This document shows, piece by piece, positions 25,122 through 34,094 of a DNA stretch of 64,000 nucleotides (position 1 is the stretch's first letter; each line of letters opens with the position of its first letter). This DNA is from a virus. The translations under genes and the position numbers were made by a program. The DNA is taken from the IMG/VR virus record IMGVR_UViG_3300027759_000074, positions 14,364 to 78,363 of that record; one strand, written 5' to 3'. Below the pieces are notes generated by a model that made no database searches, was not told the origin of the DNA, and saw only the letters and a program-made list of their open reading frames with translations.

Positions 25122-27674
25122 ATGGCAGACAATATTGATAAAGGGTTATACCAAACTCCACTAGGTTTAGACAAAGAACCAACTATGGCAGATGCAGCGC
25201 TTGCTATTGAGATTGAAAATCCAGACAGCGTGACATTAGATGATGGCAGTATGGAGATTACGCTTGAGCCTGGTAAAGAATATGAAGATGAGTTTAATGA
25301 TAACTTAGCTGAAGAACTAGATGAAGGCACTTTAACAGAATTAGCTGGCGATTTAATAGGCGATTTCCAAACAGATATAGAATCAAGAAAAGATTGGCTC
25401 AACACTTATGTTGAAGGTCTAGAATTATTAGGTCTTAAAGTAGAAGACCGAACCGAACCGTGGCCCGGTGCTTGCAATGTATACCATCCCTTAATGACTG
25501 AAGCCCTTGTGAAATTCCAAGCGGAAACTATGATGGAAACTTTCCCTGCAGCTGGCCCAGTAAAAACAGTAATCATAGGTAAACAAACAATAGAAAAAGA
25601 ACAAGCAGCTGAACGGGTTCGCGATGACATGAACTATCAGTTGACTGAAAAAATGCCAGAGTATAGACCTGAACATGAGCGCATGTTATGGGGACTTGGG
25701 CTTGCAGGTAACGCATTTAAAAAAGTTTATTATGATCCGTCATTAAATCGTCAAGTATCTATGTATGTCACTGCAGAAGATATTGTAGTTCCGTATGGCG
25801 CGTCTAACTTAGAAACATGTGAGCGTATTACTCATGTGATGCGAAAAACTAAAAATGAATTAAGAAAACTCATGGTAGCTGGATTCTACAAAGATGTAGA
25901 TTTAGGTGAACCCTCTCACACAGTTGACGAAGCCGAGAAAAAGATTGCAGAAAAGATGGGCTTCAATGCGTCTGAAGATGACCGATACAAAATTCTTGAA
26001 ATGCATGTTAATTTAGATTTAGAAAATGGTGATGACGAAGATGGTATTGCACTACCTTATGTTGTTACTATTGAACAAGGTACAAGCACAATCTTAGCCA
26101 TTCGTCGTAATTGGAACCCCGATGATAAGTTAAAATTAAAACGTCAACACTTTGTACACTACGGTTATATACCAGGCTTTGGTTTCTATTGTTTTGGTTT
26201 AATTCATTTGATAGGTGCCTTTGCAAAATCCGGTACTATGATCTTACGTCAACTTGTTGATGCAGGTACTTTATCAAATTTACCAGGGGGATTAAAATCT
26301 CGCGGTCTTAGAATTAAAGGTGATGATACTCCAATTGCCCCAGGCGAGTTCCGTGACGTTGATGTACCATCAGGTGCTATCCGTGACAATATCTTACCTC
26401 TTCCATATAAAGAACCTTCACAAGTATTAAATAGTTTGATGAATCAAATCATCGACGAAGGCCGTGCGTTTGCTAATGCAGATGGATTAAAAGTTTCTGA
26501 TATGTCAGCTAATGCTCCAGTAGGTACAACGTTAGCTATTTTAGAAAGAACTCTTAAAGTAATGTCAGCTGTACAAGCTCGTATTTACTACGCGATGAAA
26601 CAAGAGTTTAAACTTCTTAAAGGCATTATTAGAGATTACACTCCTGATGAATATAATTATGAACCTGAAGTAGGTGATAGACGCGCTAAACAATCTGACT
26701 ACGATAACTGTGATGTTATTCCTGTATCAGATCCAAATGCATCAACGATGTCTCAAAAGGTTGTACAGTATCAAGCTGTAATGCAGATGGCGCAAGCTAA
26801 TCCACAGATCTATGATTTACCTGAGCTTAATAAACAAATGCTAGAAGTATTAGGCATTAAAAATATTAACAAGCTTATTCCAAGTGTCGAAGACTTTAAA
26901 CCAAAAGATCCTGTATCTGAAAATATGGCAATTCTTAATGGTAAACCTGTTAAAGCATTTATTTATCAAGACCATCAAGCACATATGACGGTTCATCAAT
27001 CAGCCATGCAAGATCCTAAGATAATGGAAATGATAGGACAAAATCCACAAGCACAATCAATTCAGGCAGCTATGATGGCACATATTAATGAGCACGTAGC
27101 ATTTGAATATAGAAAACATATTGAAGAACAACTTGGTGTACCTTTACCTGGTATGGATGAAGTATTACCAGAAGACGTAGAAACAGAAATTTCTAAACTT
27201 ATGGCCCAAGCTGCACAACAATTATTAGCTAAAGATCAAGCCGAAGCTCAACAACAACAAGCTGAACAACAGCAACAAGATCCGCTCATTCAAATGCAAC
27301 AACAAGAATTAGCTATCAAACAACAAGAATCACAAGCAAAAACGCAAAAAATGATGGCAGATACTCAATTAGATCAACAAAAACTTGAAGCTACTCAAGC
27401 GTTAGAGCAACAAAAACTTGAATTAGAAAAAGCTAAACTTGAGTTAGAAAAAGCCAAAATGGACTCACAAGAAAGAGTTGCAGGGGCTCATCTAGGGTTT
27501 AAATCTGTAATAGATAAACAAAAAATGGAAGCAGAAGACCAACGCACTCAAGCACAACAAGCAGCAGAGGGCATGAGGATTGGGTTAGATGCAACTAAAT
27601 CAGAGTTAGATCGCGAACACGCGATTGAGTTAGCGCACATTAATAAAAAGGAACAAAAACAACCCAAGGAGTAA
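25122..27674 (+). CDS. Portal protein (P22-like, long C-terminal coiled coil)
   Basis: Follows terL; GNAFKKVYYD and FYCFGL motifs; Q-rich barrel-like tail. Confidence 0.88.
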   Translation: MADNIDKGLYQTPLGLDKEPTMADAALAIEIENPDSVTLDDGSMEITLEPGKEYEDEFNDNLAEELDEGTLTELAGDLIGDFQTDIESRKDWLNTYVEGLELLGLKVEDRTEPWPGACNVYHPLMTEALVKFQAETMMETFPAAGPVKTVIIGKQTIEKEQAAERVRDDMNYQLTEKMPEYRPEHERMLWGLGLAGNAFKKVYYDPSLNRQVSMYVTAEDIVVPYGASNLETCERITHVMRKTKNELRKLMVAGFYKDVDLGEPSHTVDEAEKKIAEKMGFNASEDDRYKILEMHVNLDLENGDDEDGIALPYVVTIEQGTSTILAIRRNWNPDDKLKLKRQHFVHYGYIPGFGFYCFGLIHLIGAFAKSGTMILRQLVDAGTLSNLPGGLKSRGLRIKGDDTPIAPGEFRDVDVPSGAIRDNILPLPYKEPSQVLNSLMNQIIDEGRAFANADGLKVSDMSANAPVGTTLAILERTLKVMSAVQARIYYAMKQEFKLLKGIIRDYTPDEYNYEPEVGDRRAKQSDYDNCDVIPVSDPNASTMSQKVVQYQAVMQMAQANPQIYDLPELNKQMLEVLGIKNINKLIPSVEDFKPKDPVSENMAILNGKPVKAFIYQDHQAHMTVHQSAMQDPKIMEMIGQNPQAQSIQAAMMAHINEHVAFEYRKHIEEQLGVPLPGMDEVLPEDVETEISKLMAQAAQQLLAKDQAEAQQQQAEQQQQDPLIQMQQQELAIKQQESQAKTQKMMADTQLDQQKLEATQALEQQKLELEKAKLELEKAKMDSQERVAGAHLGFKSVIDKQKMEAEDQRTQAQQAAEGMRIGLDATKSELDREHAIELAHINKKEQKQPKE

Positions 27675-27677
27675 CAT

Positions 27678-27872
27678 ATGGACCAAACGCTAGAGCTATT
27701 ATTGTCTCGAATAGATGATCAGCGCAAAACAGTATTAATAAATTTAGGAGACGGAGCCGCAAAAGATTTTGCTTCGTACCAAAATATGACAGGGTATATT
27801 CGAGGTCTATCCGTCGCAGAAAGTATCATAAAAGACCTTGCACAAAGAATGGAGACGTTTGAAGATGAGTGA
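27678..27872 (+). CDS. Small conserved head-module protein
   Basis: SD AAGGAG; Y...G.I.GL pattern. Confidence 0.65.
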   Translation: MDQTLELLLSRIDDQRKTVLINLGDGAAKDFASYQNMTGYIRGLSVAESIIKDLAQRMETFEDE

Positions 27873-28311
27873 ACAAATACTCACAATAAATAAGAATTTG
27901 GTAGATGCAAATGGTCGACCGATTGTTGTTCCAAAGATAGACGATGTAAATGCAGAAGACATACCGATTGAAGAACGTGGTTTACAGTTGCCTGAGCCTA
28001 AAGGATACAAGATACTTTGTGCAATTCCTGACGCCGCAGAAACTTATCAAGGGGGTATTGTAAAAGCAGATTCAACTAGAACTGTAGAAGAACATTCAAC
28101 TGTAGTTTTATTTGTAGTAAGAGTAGGTGATTTAGCTTATAAAGACGAGGCTAGATTTCCTACAGGTCCATGGTGTAAAGAGGGTGATTTTGTTTTGACA
28201 CGTGCATACGCAGGTACAAGATTTAAAATCCACGGAAGAGAATTCCGCATTATTAACGACGATACAGTCGAGGGGGTTGTTGAAGATCCTCGTGGCTATA
28301 CTCGCGCATAA
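27865..28311 (+). CDS. groES: GroES/Cpn10-like co-chaperonin
   Basis: PKGYKIL, GGIV mobile-loop-like segment, VVRVG, KEGDFV..YAG and RIINDDTVEGVV. Confidence 0.82.
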   Translation: MSEQILTINKNLVDANGRPIVVPKIDDVNAEDIPIEERGLQLPEPKGYKILCAIPDAAETYQGGIVKADSTRTVEEHSTVVLFVVRVGDLAYKDEARFPTGPWCKEGDFVLTRAYAGTRFKIHGREFRIINDDTVEGVVEDPRGYTRA

Positions 28312-28321
28312 GGAGAACTAA

Positions 28322-29359
28322 ATGGCTGAGAACAAAGAAACCGAGATAATCTTTGAATATCCCGATGACAATGAAATTTCAGGTAATAAACTACCTGATG
28401 AAAAAGAAGTCAACGTAGAGACAAAACAAGTTGAGTCTAAAGAAAACGAAACAAAAGTAGACGCTAAGGTTGATGATTTTGACCTTGAGATAGAAGATGA
28501 TACACCTGCACAAGATAGAAATCGAGAGCCTTTACCTAAAGAGGTAGTAGAGGAATTAGAAAACGATAATCTTGATGACTATTCTGAAAGAGTTAAACAG
28601 CGTTTATCTCAGATGAAAAAAGTTTGGCATGATGAAAGACGCGCTAAAGAACAGGCTGATAGAGAACGAGAAGAAGCAATTCGATTTGCTCAACAAATTT
28701 CTCATGAAAATAATAAACTAAAAACTACACTAAGTAACGGAGAAGAAGACTACGTAAAAACAGTCTACTCTGCAGTAGAACAACAGTTTAGTATGGCCCA
28801 AAGAGATTATCGCGACGCATATGAATCTGGTGACACTGATAAAATTTTAAATGCTCAAACTAGAATGAATGACGCACAACTTAGGCTGTCTCAAATTCAA
28901 AATTATACGCCTCAATTTAGAAATACTTTACAAGAGCCTGAAAATAATGTATATATACCACAATCACAGCCTCAAGTACCAAAACCTGATAATCGAGCCT
29001 TAAAATGGCAAGAAAAGAATGATTGGTTCGGTTCTGATGAGGAAATGACAAGCCTTGCATTAGGCTTACATGAGAAATTAGTTAGGAGTGGTATAAACCC
29101 CACATCTGACGAATATTATCGTCGTATCGATGGTACGATGCAGAAACGATTCCCAGAATACTTTGGGGATGCAACGCTGGACGAGGTTCAACCCGCCCAA
29201 CGCACAAAACCTTCGACTGTAGTTGCCCCGGCAACGCGTAGCACCGCGCCAAAAAAAGTGCGTCTGACGAAGACACAAGTAGCGTTAGCCAAGAAATTTG
29301 GTCTAACACCGGAGCAATATGCAAGAGAAACTTTAAAATTGGAGAGAACAAATGGATAA
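28322..29359 (+). CDS. Probable capsid scaffolding protein
   Basis: Acidic N-terminus, coiled coil, C-terminal LTKTQVALAKKFGLTPEQYA; upstream of the capsid genes. Confidence 0.7.
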   Translation: MAENKETEIIFEYPDDNEISGNKLPDEKEVNVETKQVESKENETKVDAKVDDFDLEIEDDTPAQDRNREPLPKEVVEELENDNLDDYSERVKQRLSQMKKVWHDERRAKEQADREREEAIRFAQQISHENNKLKTTLSNGEEDYVKTVYSAVEQQFSMAQRDYRDAYESGDTDKILNAQTRMNDAQLRLSQIQNYTPQFRNTLQEPENNVYIPQSQPQVPKPDNRALKWQEKNDWFGSDEEMTSLALGLHEKLVRSGINPTSDEYYRRIDGTMQKRFPEYFGDATLDEVQPAQRTKPSTVVAPATRSTAPKKVRLTKTQVALAKKFGLTPEQYARETLKLERTNG

Positions 29360-29798
29360 AAGAATAGATCGTGAAGTAGATACAAGAGATGATTTTACTC
29401 GTGGAGAAAGCTGGAAACCCGCCTCACTCCTACCTGAATTTAAAAAGGTACCAGGCTGGGCATATCGATGGATCAGAACAAGTGTCATGAACGAAGCAGA
29501 CAATCTAAATGTATCCTCTAAAATGCGTGAAGGTTGGGAACCCGTTAAATTAGCGGACCATCCTGAAATGAAACTAATGGTTGACCAAGCATCTCGCTTT
29601 AAAGACGGGATTGAAATTGGTGGACTATTATTATGCAAGATCCCAGAAGAGTTTGTTGCACAACGTAAGGCTCATTATGCTACACAAGCAAAACAACAAG
29701 CCGATGCAGTTGACAACAGCTTTATGAAACAAAGTGATGCTCGTATGCCTCTCTTCGCAGAGTCAAAATCTACGACATCTTTTGGTAAAGGTAAATAA
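29352..29798 (+). CDS. Conserved head-module protein
   Basis: YRWIR, EGWEPV and GGLLLCKIP motifs; position. Confidence 0.6.
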   Translation: MDKRIDREVDTRDDFTRGESWKPASLLPEFKKVPGWAYRWIRTSVMNEADNLNVSSKMREGWEPVKLADHPEMKLMVDQASRFKDGIEIGGLLLCKIPEEFVAQRKAHYATQAKQQADAVDNSFMKQSDARMPLFAESKSTTSFGKGK

Positions 29799-29819
29799 TA
29801 TAAATATAAGGAGATTACT

Positions 29820-30419
29820 ATGTCATATCCAACAGTAACCGCTCCATACGGACTTAGACCAATTAACCGTTTCGACGGCATGCCATATGCAGGTGCTACT
29901 AATCAGTACCCTGTAACATCTGGTCAAGCTGTTTTTAACGGTCAAGTAGTTGCATTCGTAAATGGCGGTACAGTATCACCAGTAGCATCTCACACAGCTA
30001 GTACTTATGCTGTAGGTGTTGTAATGGGTGTTCAATACACAAACTCAACGGGTCAAACAGTGCAAGCTCAATATGCACCTTCATCAGGCGTAACAGATGT
30101 TATTGCTTATGTTGTAAATGATCCTGCTGCAGAGTTTAAAGTAGCAGTTACAGGTAATAATCAAACGATTACTCCAGTAGCAGGCACTGTTTTAAACACA
30201 AACGTTTTATTAGTAGTAGGTACAGGAGACACAGCAACAGGTAATATTAATTCATCTATTGATGGTTCTTCTGCTAACAGTACTGCTACATCAATATTTA
30301 GAGTTACTGCTCTTATTCCAGAAACTATCGATCCAACAACTGGTTATTACACAGAAGTTGTCGTTAAATTTAACGGAACATGGCATCAACAATTATCAAC
30401 AACCGGTACTACAACTTAA
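29820..30419 (+). CDS. Capsid decoration/minor capsid protein
   Basis: Beta-rich with APYGLRP; directly upstream of the major capsid gene. Confidence 0.6.
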   Translation: MSYPTVTAPYGLRPINRFDGMPYAGATNQYPVTSGQAVFNGQVVAFVNGGTVSPVASHTASTYAVGVVMGVQYTNSTGQTVQAQYAPSSGVTDVIAYVVNDPAAEFKVAVTGNNQTITPVAGTVLNTNVLLVVGTGDTATGNINSSIDGSSANSTATSIFRVTALIPETIDPTTGYYTEVVVKFNGTWHQQLSTTGTTT

Positions 30420-30431
30420 GGAGAATAAAAC

Positions 30432-31349
30432 ATGGCTATTTCACGCGCACAGCTCCTTAAGGAGCTCTTACCAGGACTAAATGCACTATTTGGTCTAGAG
30501 TATAAACGTTACGGCGAAGAACATAAAGAAGTTTATGAAACAGAGACTTCAGAGCGTTCATTCGAAGAAGAAACAAAACTTTCAGGTTTCTCAGCAGCAC
30601 CAGTCAAAAACGAAGGCACTGCAATCGCTTATGACAATGCTCAAGAAGCTTGGACAGCTCGATACAATCATCAAACTATTGCTCTTGGCTTCAGCTTAAC
30701 TGAAGAAGCTGTAGAAGATAACTTGTATGATACATTATCAGCACGTTACACAAAGGCTTTAGCTCGCGCTATGGCTTACACAAAACAAGTTAAGGCTGCT
30801 GCAGTTCTTAATAATGGTTTCAATACTTCCGGTGCTTATGACGGTGGTGATGGTGTATCATTATTTAACACGGCTCATCCTCTTGTTTCAGGCGGTACAA
30901 ACAGCAACACTCAATCAACTCCAACAGACTTGAACGAAACAGCACTAGAAAACGCTGTTATTCAAATCGCTGCATGGACTGATGAACGTGGTCTTTTGAT
31001 TGCTGCTCAACCACGTAAGTTAGTAGTTCCACCAGGTAATCAATTCGTTGCAACTCGCTTGCTCGAAACTGAATTACGTGTTGGCACAACAGACAACGAC
31101 ATCAACGCTATTAAGAATAATGGTTCAATCCCAGAAGGTTACACAATTAACCACTTCTTAACAGATCCTGATGCGTATTTCTTAACAACTGATGTACCTA
31201 ACGGCATGAAACACTTTGTGCGTACTCCGTTATCTACTTCTATGGATGGCGATTTTGACACAGGCAATGTTAGATACAAAGCTCGTGAGCGTTATTCATT
31301 CGGTTGGTCAGATCCTCTCGGTATGTGGGGTTCACCAGGTTCTGCTTAA
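30432..31349 (+). CDS. Major capsid protein
   Basis: HK97-fold-like sequence (PRKLVVPP, YKARERYSFGWSDP); biased codon use; followed by a terminator. Confidence 0.9.
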   Translation: MAISRAQLLKELLPGLNALFGLEYKRYGEEHKEVYETETSERSFEEETKLSGFSAAPVKNEGTAIAYDNAQEAWTARYNHQTIALGFSLTEEAVEDNLYDTLSARYTKALARAMAYTKQVKAAAVLNNGFNTSGAYDGGDGVSLFNTAHPLVSGGTNSNTQSTPTDLNETALENAVIQIAAWTDERGLLIAAQPRKLVVPPGNQFVATRLLETELRVGTTDNDINAIKNNGSIPEGYTINHFLTDPDAYFLTTDVPNGMKHFVRTPLSTSMDGDFDTGNVRYKARERYSFGWSDPLGMWGSPGSA

Positions 31350-31379
31350 TAGCGACTTGGTTCACAATGTACTAGGATT

Positions 31380-31405
31380 AACCCTGCTTCGGCGGGGTTT
31401 TTCTT
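31380..31405 (+). terminator. Intrinsic terminator after the major capsid gene
   Basis: AACCCTGC-TTCG-GCGGGGTT followed by TTTCTT. Confidence 0.88.
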
Positions 31406-31460
31406 TATGAGCCGCTCATGGTTTTCTTTACAACGGTTTAAATTGCAAAAAGAGCATAAT

Positions 31461-31514
31461 ATGCATAACAAAGTAGTTTGTGTATAACAAATGCAAGACA
31501 AAGTACTTTGTGTA
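31461..31514. promoter_or_regulatory. Tandem operator-like palindromes upstream of pqqA
   Basis: ATGCATAACAAAGTAGTTTGTGTA and ATGCAAGACAAAGTACTTTGTGTA, 30 bp apart. The second contains the perfect palindrome ACAAAGTACTTTGT. Confidence 0.55.
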
Positions 31515-31555
31515 GTAAAAAACAAGAAATATTATATACAAACTAGGAGAATATT

Positions 31556-31627
31556 ATGTGGACAACACCAGCTGCAACAGAAATGAGATTTGGCTTTGAA
31601 GTAACTATGTACGTAATGAATAAGTAA
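31556..31627 (+). CDS. pqqA: Pyrroloquinoline quinone precursor peptide PqqA (23 aa, not in track)
   Basis: MWTTPAATEMRFGFEVTMYVMNK with the ExxxY core; SD AGGAG. Confidence 0.95.
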   Translation: MWTTPAATEMRFGFEVTMYVMNK

Positions 31628-31656
31628 TGGTTTTTGTAACAGATTGCTATTAAACT

Positions 31657-31677
31657 AAGGGGCTTCGGCCCCTTTTT
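31657..31677 (+). terminator. Intrinsic terminator after pqqA
   Basis: GGGGC-TTCG-GCCCC followed by TTTTT. Confidence 0.9.
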
Positions 31678-31713
31678 ACTTGTGTAAAATCTATATTGTG
31701 GTATTATTGCAGT

Positions 31714-31790
31714 ATCCGGGCATATCCGGTTTATTAGACTGTCCCGGCAGATGCATACACAACTAATAAACTTAACTTTGTATGAAGGAA
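31714..31790 (+). ncRNA. Candidate cis-regulatory leader RNA with chained pseudoknots
   Basis: Three interleaved perfect helices (see finding), preceded by extended -10 TGGTATTAT at 31699-31707. Confidence 0.5.
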
Positions 31791-31797
31791 AATTATT

Positions 31798-32229
31798 ATG
31801 GCTATATCTACAGCTTCAGGCCCATGGCGCTCGCTTACGGGTTTTATCGTTCCAATCACTTACGTTTATGCAACTGACATTGTTGGTGGCGAATATCAAA
31901 TTCAAGATGCAGGCGCTAGAGTTTTAGTTCTATCACCAGCCGATGGTGGTCCAGCTTCAGCAGTTGACTTTATTCTTCCTAACGTTGTAACAAATGATGG
32001 TAATGCATGGGTAGGTCCTCAATCTGCTCAACCAGAACTTAATGGCGTTCAAGGCTCAATTACTAACTACGGCGCAGTTGCTCACGTACTAAAAGGTACT
32101 GGCACACAACCTGTATCGGGTAACGTTGCTGGTGTAACAGTTGCTGCTGGATCTATTGTTCAATGGGGTGGTAACGGTAATCCGAATGCTCCTTGGATCG
32201 CAATTAACAACGCTATCTTAGCTTCCTAA
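31798..32229 (+). CDS. Virion structural protein
   Basis: Beta/Gly-rich; N-terminal TASGP; late module. Confidence 0.6.
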   Translation: MAISTASGPWRSLTGFIVPITYVYATDIVGGEYQIQDAGARVLVLSPADGGPASAVDFILPNVVTNDGNAWVGPQSAQPELNGVQGSITNYGAVAHVLKGTGTQPVSGNVAGVTVAAGSIVQWGGNGNPNAPWIAINNAILAS

Positions 32230-32279
32230 TTAAACTCTGGGGGCGCTTAGCCCCCTTCTAAAACTTAAGGAGATTAATT

Positions 32280-32564
32280 ATGATGCAAACAGACATATTA
32301 GCCACACATTTAAATGCTGATGGAGTAGTAGCTGCGTATCCTGTACGTGTTAAAGGATATCAAATTAAACCTGGTGGTACTGCAGGACAAATTGATTTTT
32401 ACGATAACGCATCAGCAGCTTCAGGCACTATTAGACTATCACTAGACATTACAACAAACACTGTAGTTGTTTCTACAATACTTCCAGGTGAAGGCATTAG
32501 ATTTAATAATGGTGTTTATGTAGATTTACCCGCCAGCGCAGGTATAACAGTATTCTATGGCTAA
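32280..32564 (+). CDS. Small beta-rich virion protein
   Basis: LPGEGIRFNNGVYV...TVFYG; SD AAGGAG. Confidence 0.6.
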   Translation: MMQTDILATHLNADGVVAAYPVRVKGYQIKPGGTAGQIDFYDNASAASGTIRLSLDITTNTVVVSTILPGEGIRFNNGVYVDLPASAGITVFYG

Positions 32565-32820
32565 CAAGAAAAAAGGTCCTAGCTTAGCAGTTGGACGTGG
32601 TGAGAAACTTCCTGTATCGAAAGGTGCAGGTCTTACCGCTAAAGGACGTGCAAAGTATAACGCAGCTACAGGCTCAAACCTCAAGGCTCCTCAGCCACAA
32701 GGTGGCGCTCGTAAGAAGTCGTTTTGTGCTAGGATGTCTGGTATGCCCGGTCCTATGAAAGATGAAAAAGGTAGACCTACTAGGAAAGCCGCATCACTAA
32801 AAAGGTGGAATTGTAAATGA
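32557..32820 (+). CDS. Basic phage protein (DUF6321-like)
   Basis: GLTAKGR..YN, RKKSFCARM and SLKRWNC. Confidence 0.65.
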   Translation: MANKKKGPSLAVGRGEKLPVSKGAGLTAKGRAKYNAATGSNLKAPQPQGGARKKSFCARMSGMPGPMKDEKGRPTRKAASLKRWNCK

Positions 32821-33035
32821 GTGCAGAACGCGAATTAGCAGAACATGGTGTTGAAATTAAACACATTCAATCAGACGTGGATACTATTATGGAAGACATG
32901 GATCAATTAAAAAAACGTCTTGATAGTATTGAAAAAACATTAGAAGAAATCAAAGGCGGATGGAAAGTATTTATCGCTATTGCCACTATCGGATCTATGT
33001 TTATTAGTTGGCTTGTTAACCACTGGTTAAAATAA
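32817..33035 (+). CDS. Coiled-coil plus single TM protein
   Basis: Heptad region followed by GGWKVFIAIATIGSMFISWLV. Confidence 0.6.
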   Translation: MSAERELAEHGVEIKHIQSDVDTIMEDMDQLKKRLDSIEKTLEEIKGGWKVFIAIATIGSMFISWLVNHWLK

Positions 33036-33250
33036 TGAGAGCTTTTATTGAAAGAGTATTTAAGTCTAAAAAACTTAAAACAGAAAAGAAAGACACAGAG
33101 GCAATAGTAGAGTCTATTATTGAAGAAGTAAAAGAAGTTATTATTAAAGAATTAAAACAAGGAGAAGTAGTTACTTACTCAAAACCTAAACACTTCCCCG
33201 ATTGCAATTGTTTTAAATGTGAAAGATGGAAACAACAAAATGCCAAGTAA
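33035..33250 (+). CDS. Hypothetical protein with HxxxCxCxxC motif
   Basis: HFPDCNCFKC. Confidence 0.55.
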   Translation: MRAFIERVFKSKKLKTEKKDTEAIVESIIEEVKEVIIKELKQGEVVTYSKPKHFPDCNCFKCERWKQQNAK

Positions 33251-33626
33251 ATCTAAAGCACAACGTAATCTAATGGCAGCCGCAGCTCATAATCCTGCGT
33301 TTGCTAAAAAGGTAGGGGTTCCTGTGGCAGTTGCGCAGGAGTTTAATAAAGCCGATAAAGGCAAAAAATTTGGGAGTGGTGGTATGGCTAAATCAGATAT
33401 GAAAGAAGATACAAAAATGGACAAAGCTCAAGACAAAGCTATGATCAAAAAAGCATTCAAGCAACACGATATGCAAGAACACAAAGGCGGCAAAGGTACT
33501 AAGCTAGCACTTAAAAAAGGTGGTATGACTAAAGGCTGTGGTTACGCTTCTGGTGGTAAAGTATCTCAACTAGCAAAAGCTAATGGGATTGCTAAAAAAG
33601 GTAAATCAAGAGGCACACTTATTTAA
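33240..33626 (+). CDS. Basic low-complexity protein with three xxGG motifs and C-terminal tag
   Basis: MPSKSKAQ start; FGSGG, LKKGG and YASGG; ends KANGIAKKGKSRGTLI. Confidence 0.65.
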   Translation: MPSKSKAQRNLMAAAAHNPAFAKKVGVPVAVAQEFNKADKGKKFGSGGMAKSDMKEDTKMDKAQDKAMIKKAFKQHDMQEHKGGKGTKLALKKGGMTKGCGYASGGKVSQLAKANGIAKKGKSRGTLI

Positions 33627-33635
33627 GGATATATC

Positions 33636-34085
33636 ATGGCTACTAAAGAAGATTATTTAACGGGGTATGAAACAGGAATAAAAAAGGCAAAAACTAATGA
33701 GCCTGGACTACCTGACAGATATCGTAAATCTACGCTAGATAAAGTTTTAGCAGTCGGCGACAAATTTAATATATTTGAAAATCCTGAAGCTAAAAACATA
33801 AGATTAAAAAGAGAAGCTGACGATAAATATTTAGATTCTTCGATGGGCAAAGGTGAAGCTCAAGGACGTGCAGAATTTGATAAAGCATTAAAATTAGAAA
33901 TGGACAGGTCAAAAAAGAATCCACCTGAAACTATTCCTATGACAGAAAAAGATGCAAAAATCATTAATTCTAAAGAATTTAAAAAAGCTAATGAGAGAAC
34001 TACAGATATGAAAAAAGGTGGCTCAGTTTCTTCAGCTTCTAAAAGAGCAGATGGTTGCGCTGTTCGCGGTAAAACAAGAGCATAA
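33636..34085 (+). CDS. Hypothetical protein with C-terminal tag
   Basis: Ends MKKGGSVSSASKRADGCAVRGKTRA. Confidence 0.65.
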   Translation: MATKEDYLTGYETGIKKAKTNEPGLPDRYRKSTLDKVLAVGDKFNIFENPEAKNIRLKREADDKYLDSSMGKGEAQGRAEFDKALKLEMDRSKKNPPETIPMTEKDAKIINSKEFKKANERTTDMKKGGSVSSASKRADGCAVRGKTRA

Positions 34086-34094
34086 GGAAACCCT

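Noticed and set aside
31627-31653. 8-aa ORF MVFVTDCY coupled to the pqqA stop (TAATG)
   Set aside because: Too short to support without conservation data.
32239-32260. Terminator after 31798..32229
   Set aside because: The GC hairpin is present but the U tract is weak (TTCT); it may be a processing or stabilising stem, so it was not called.
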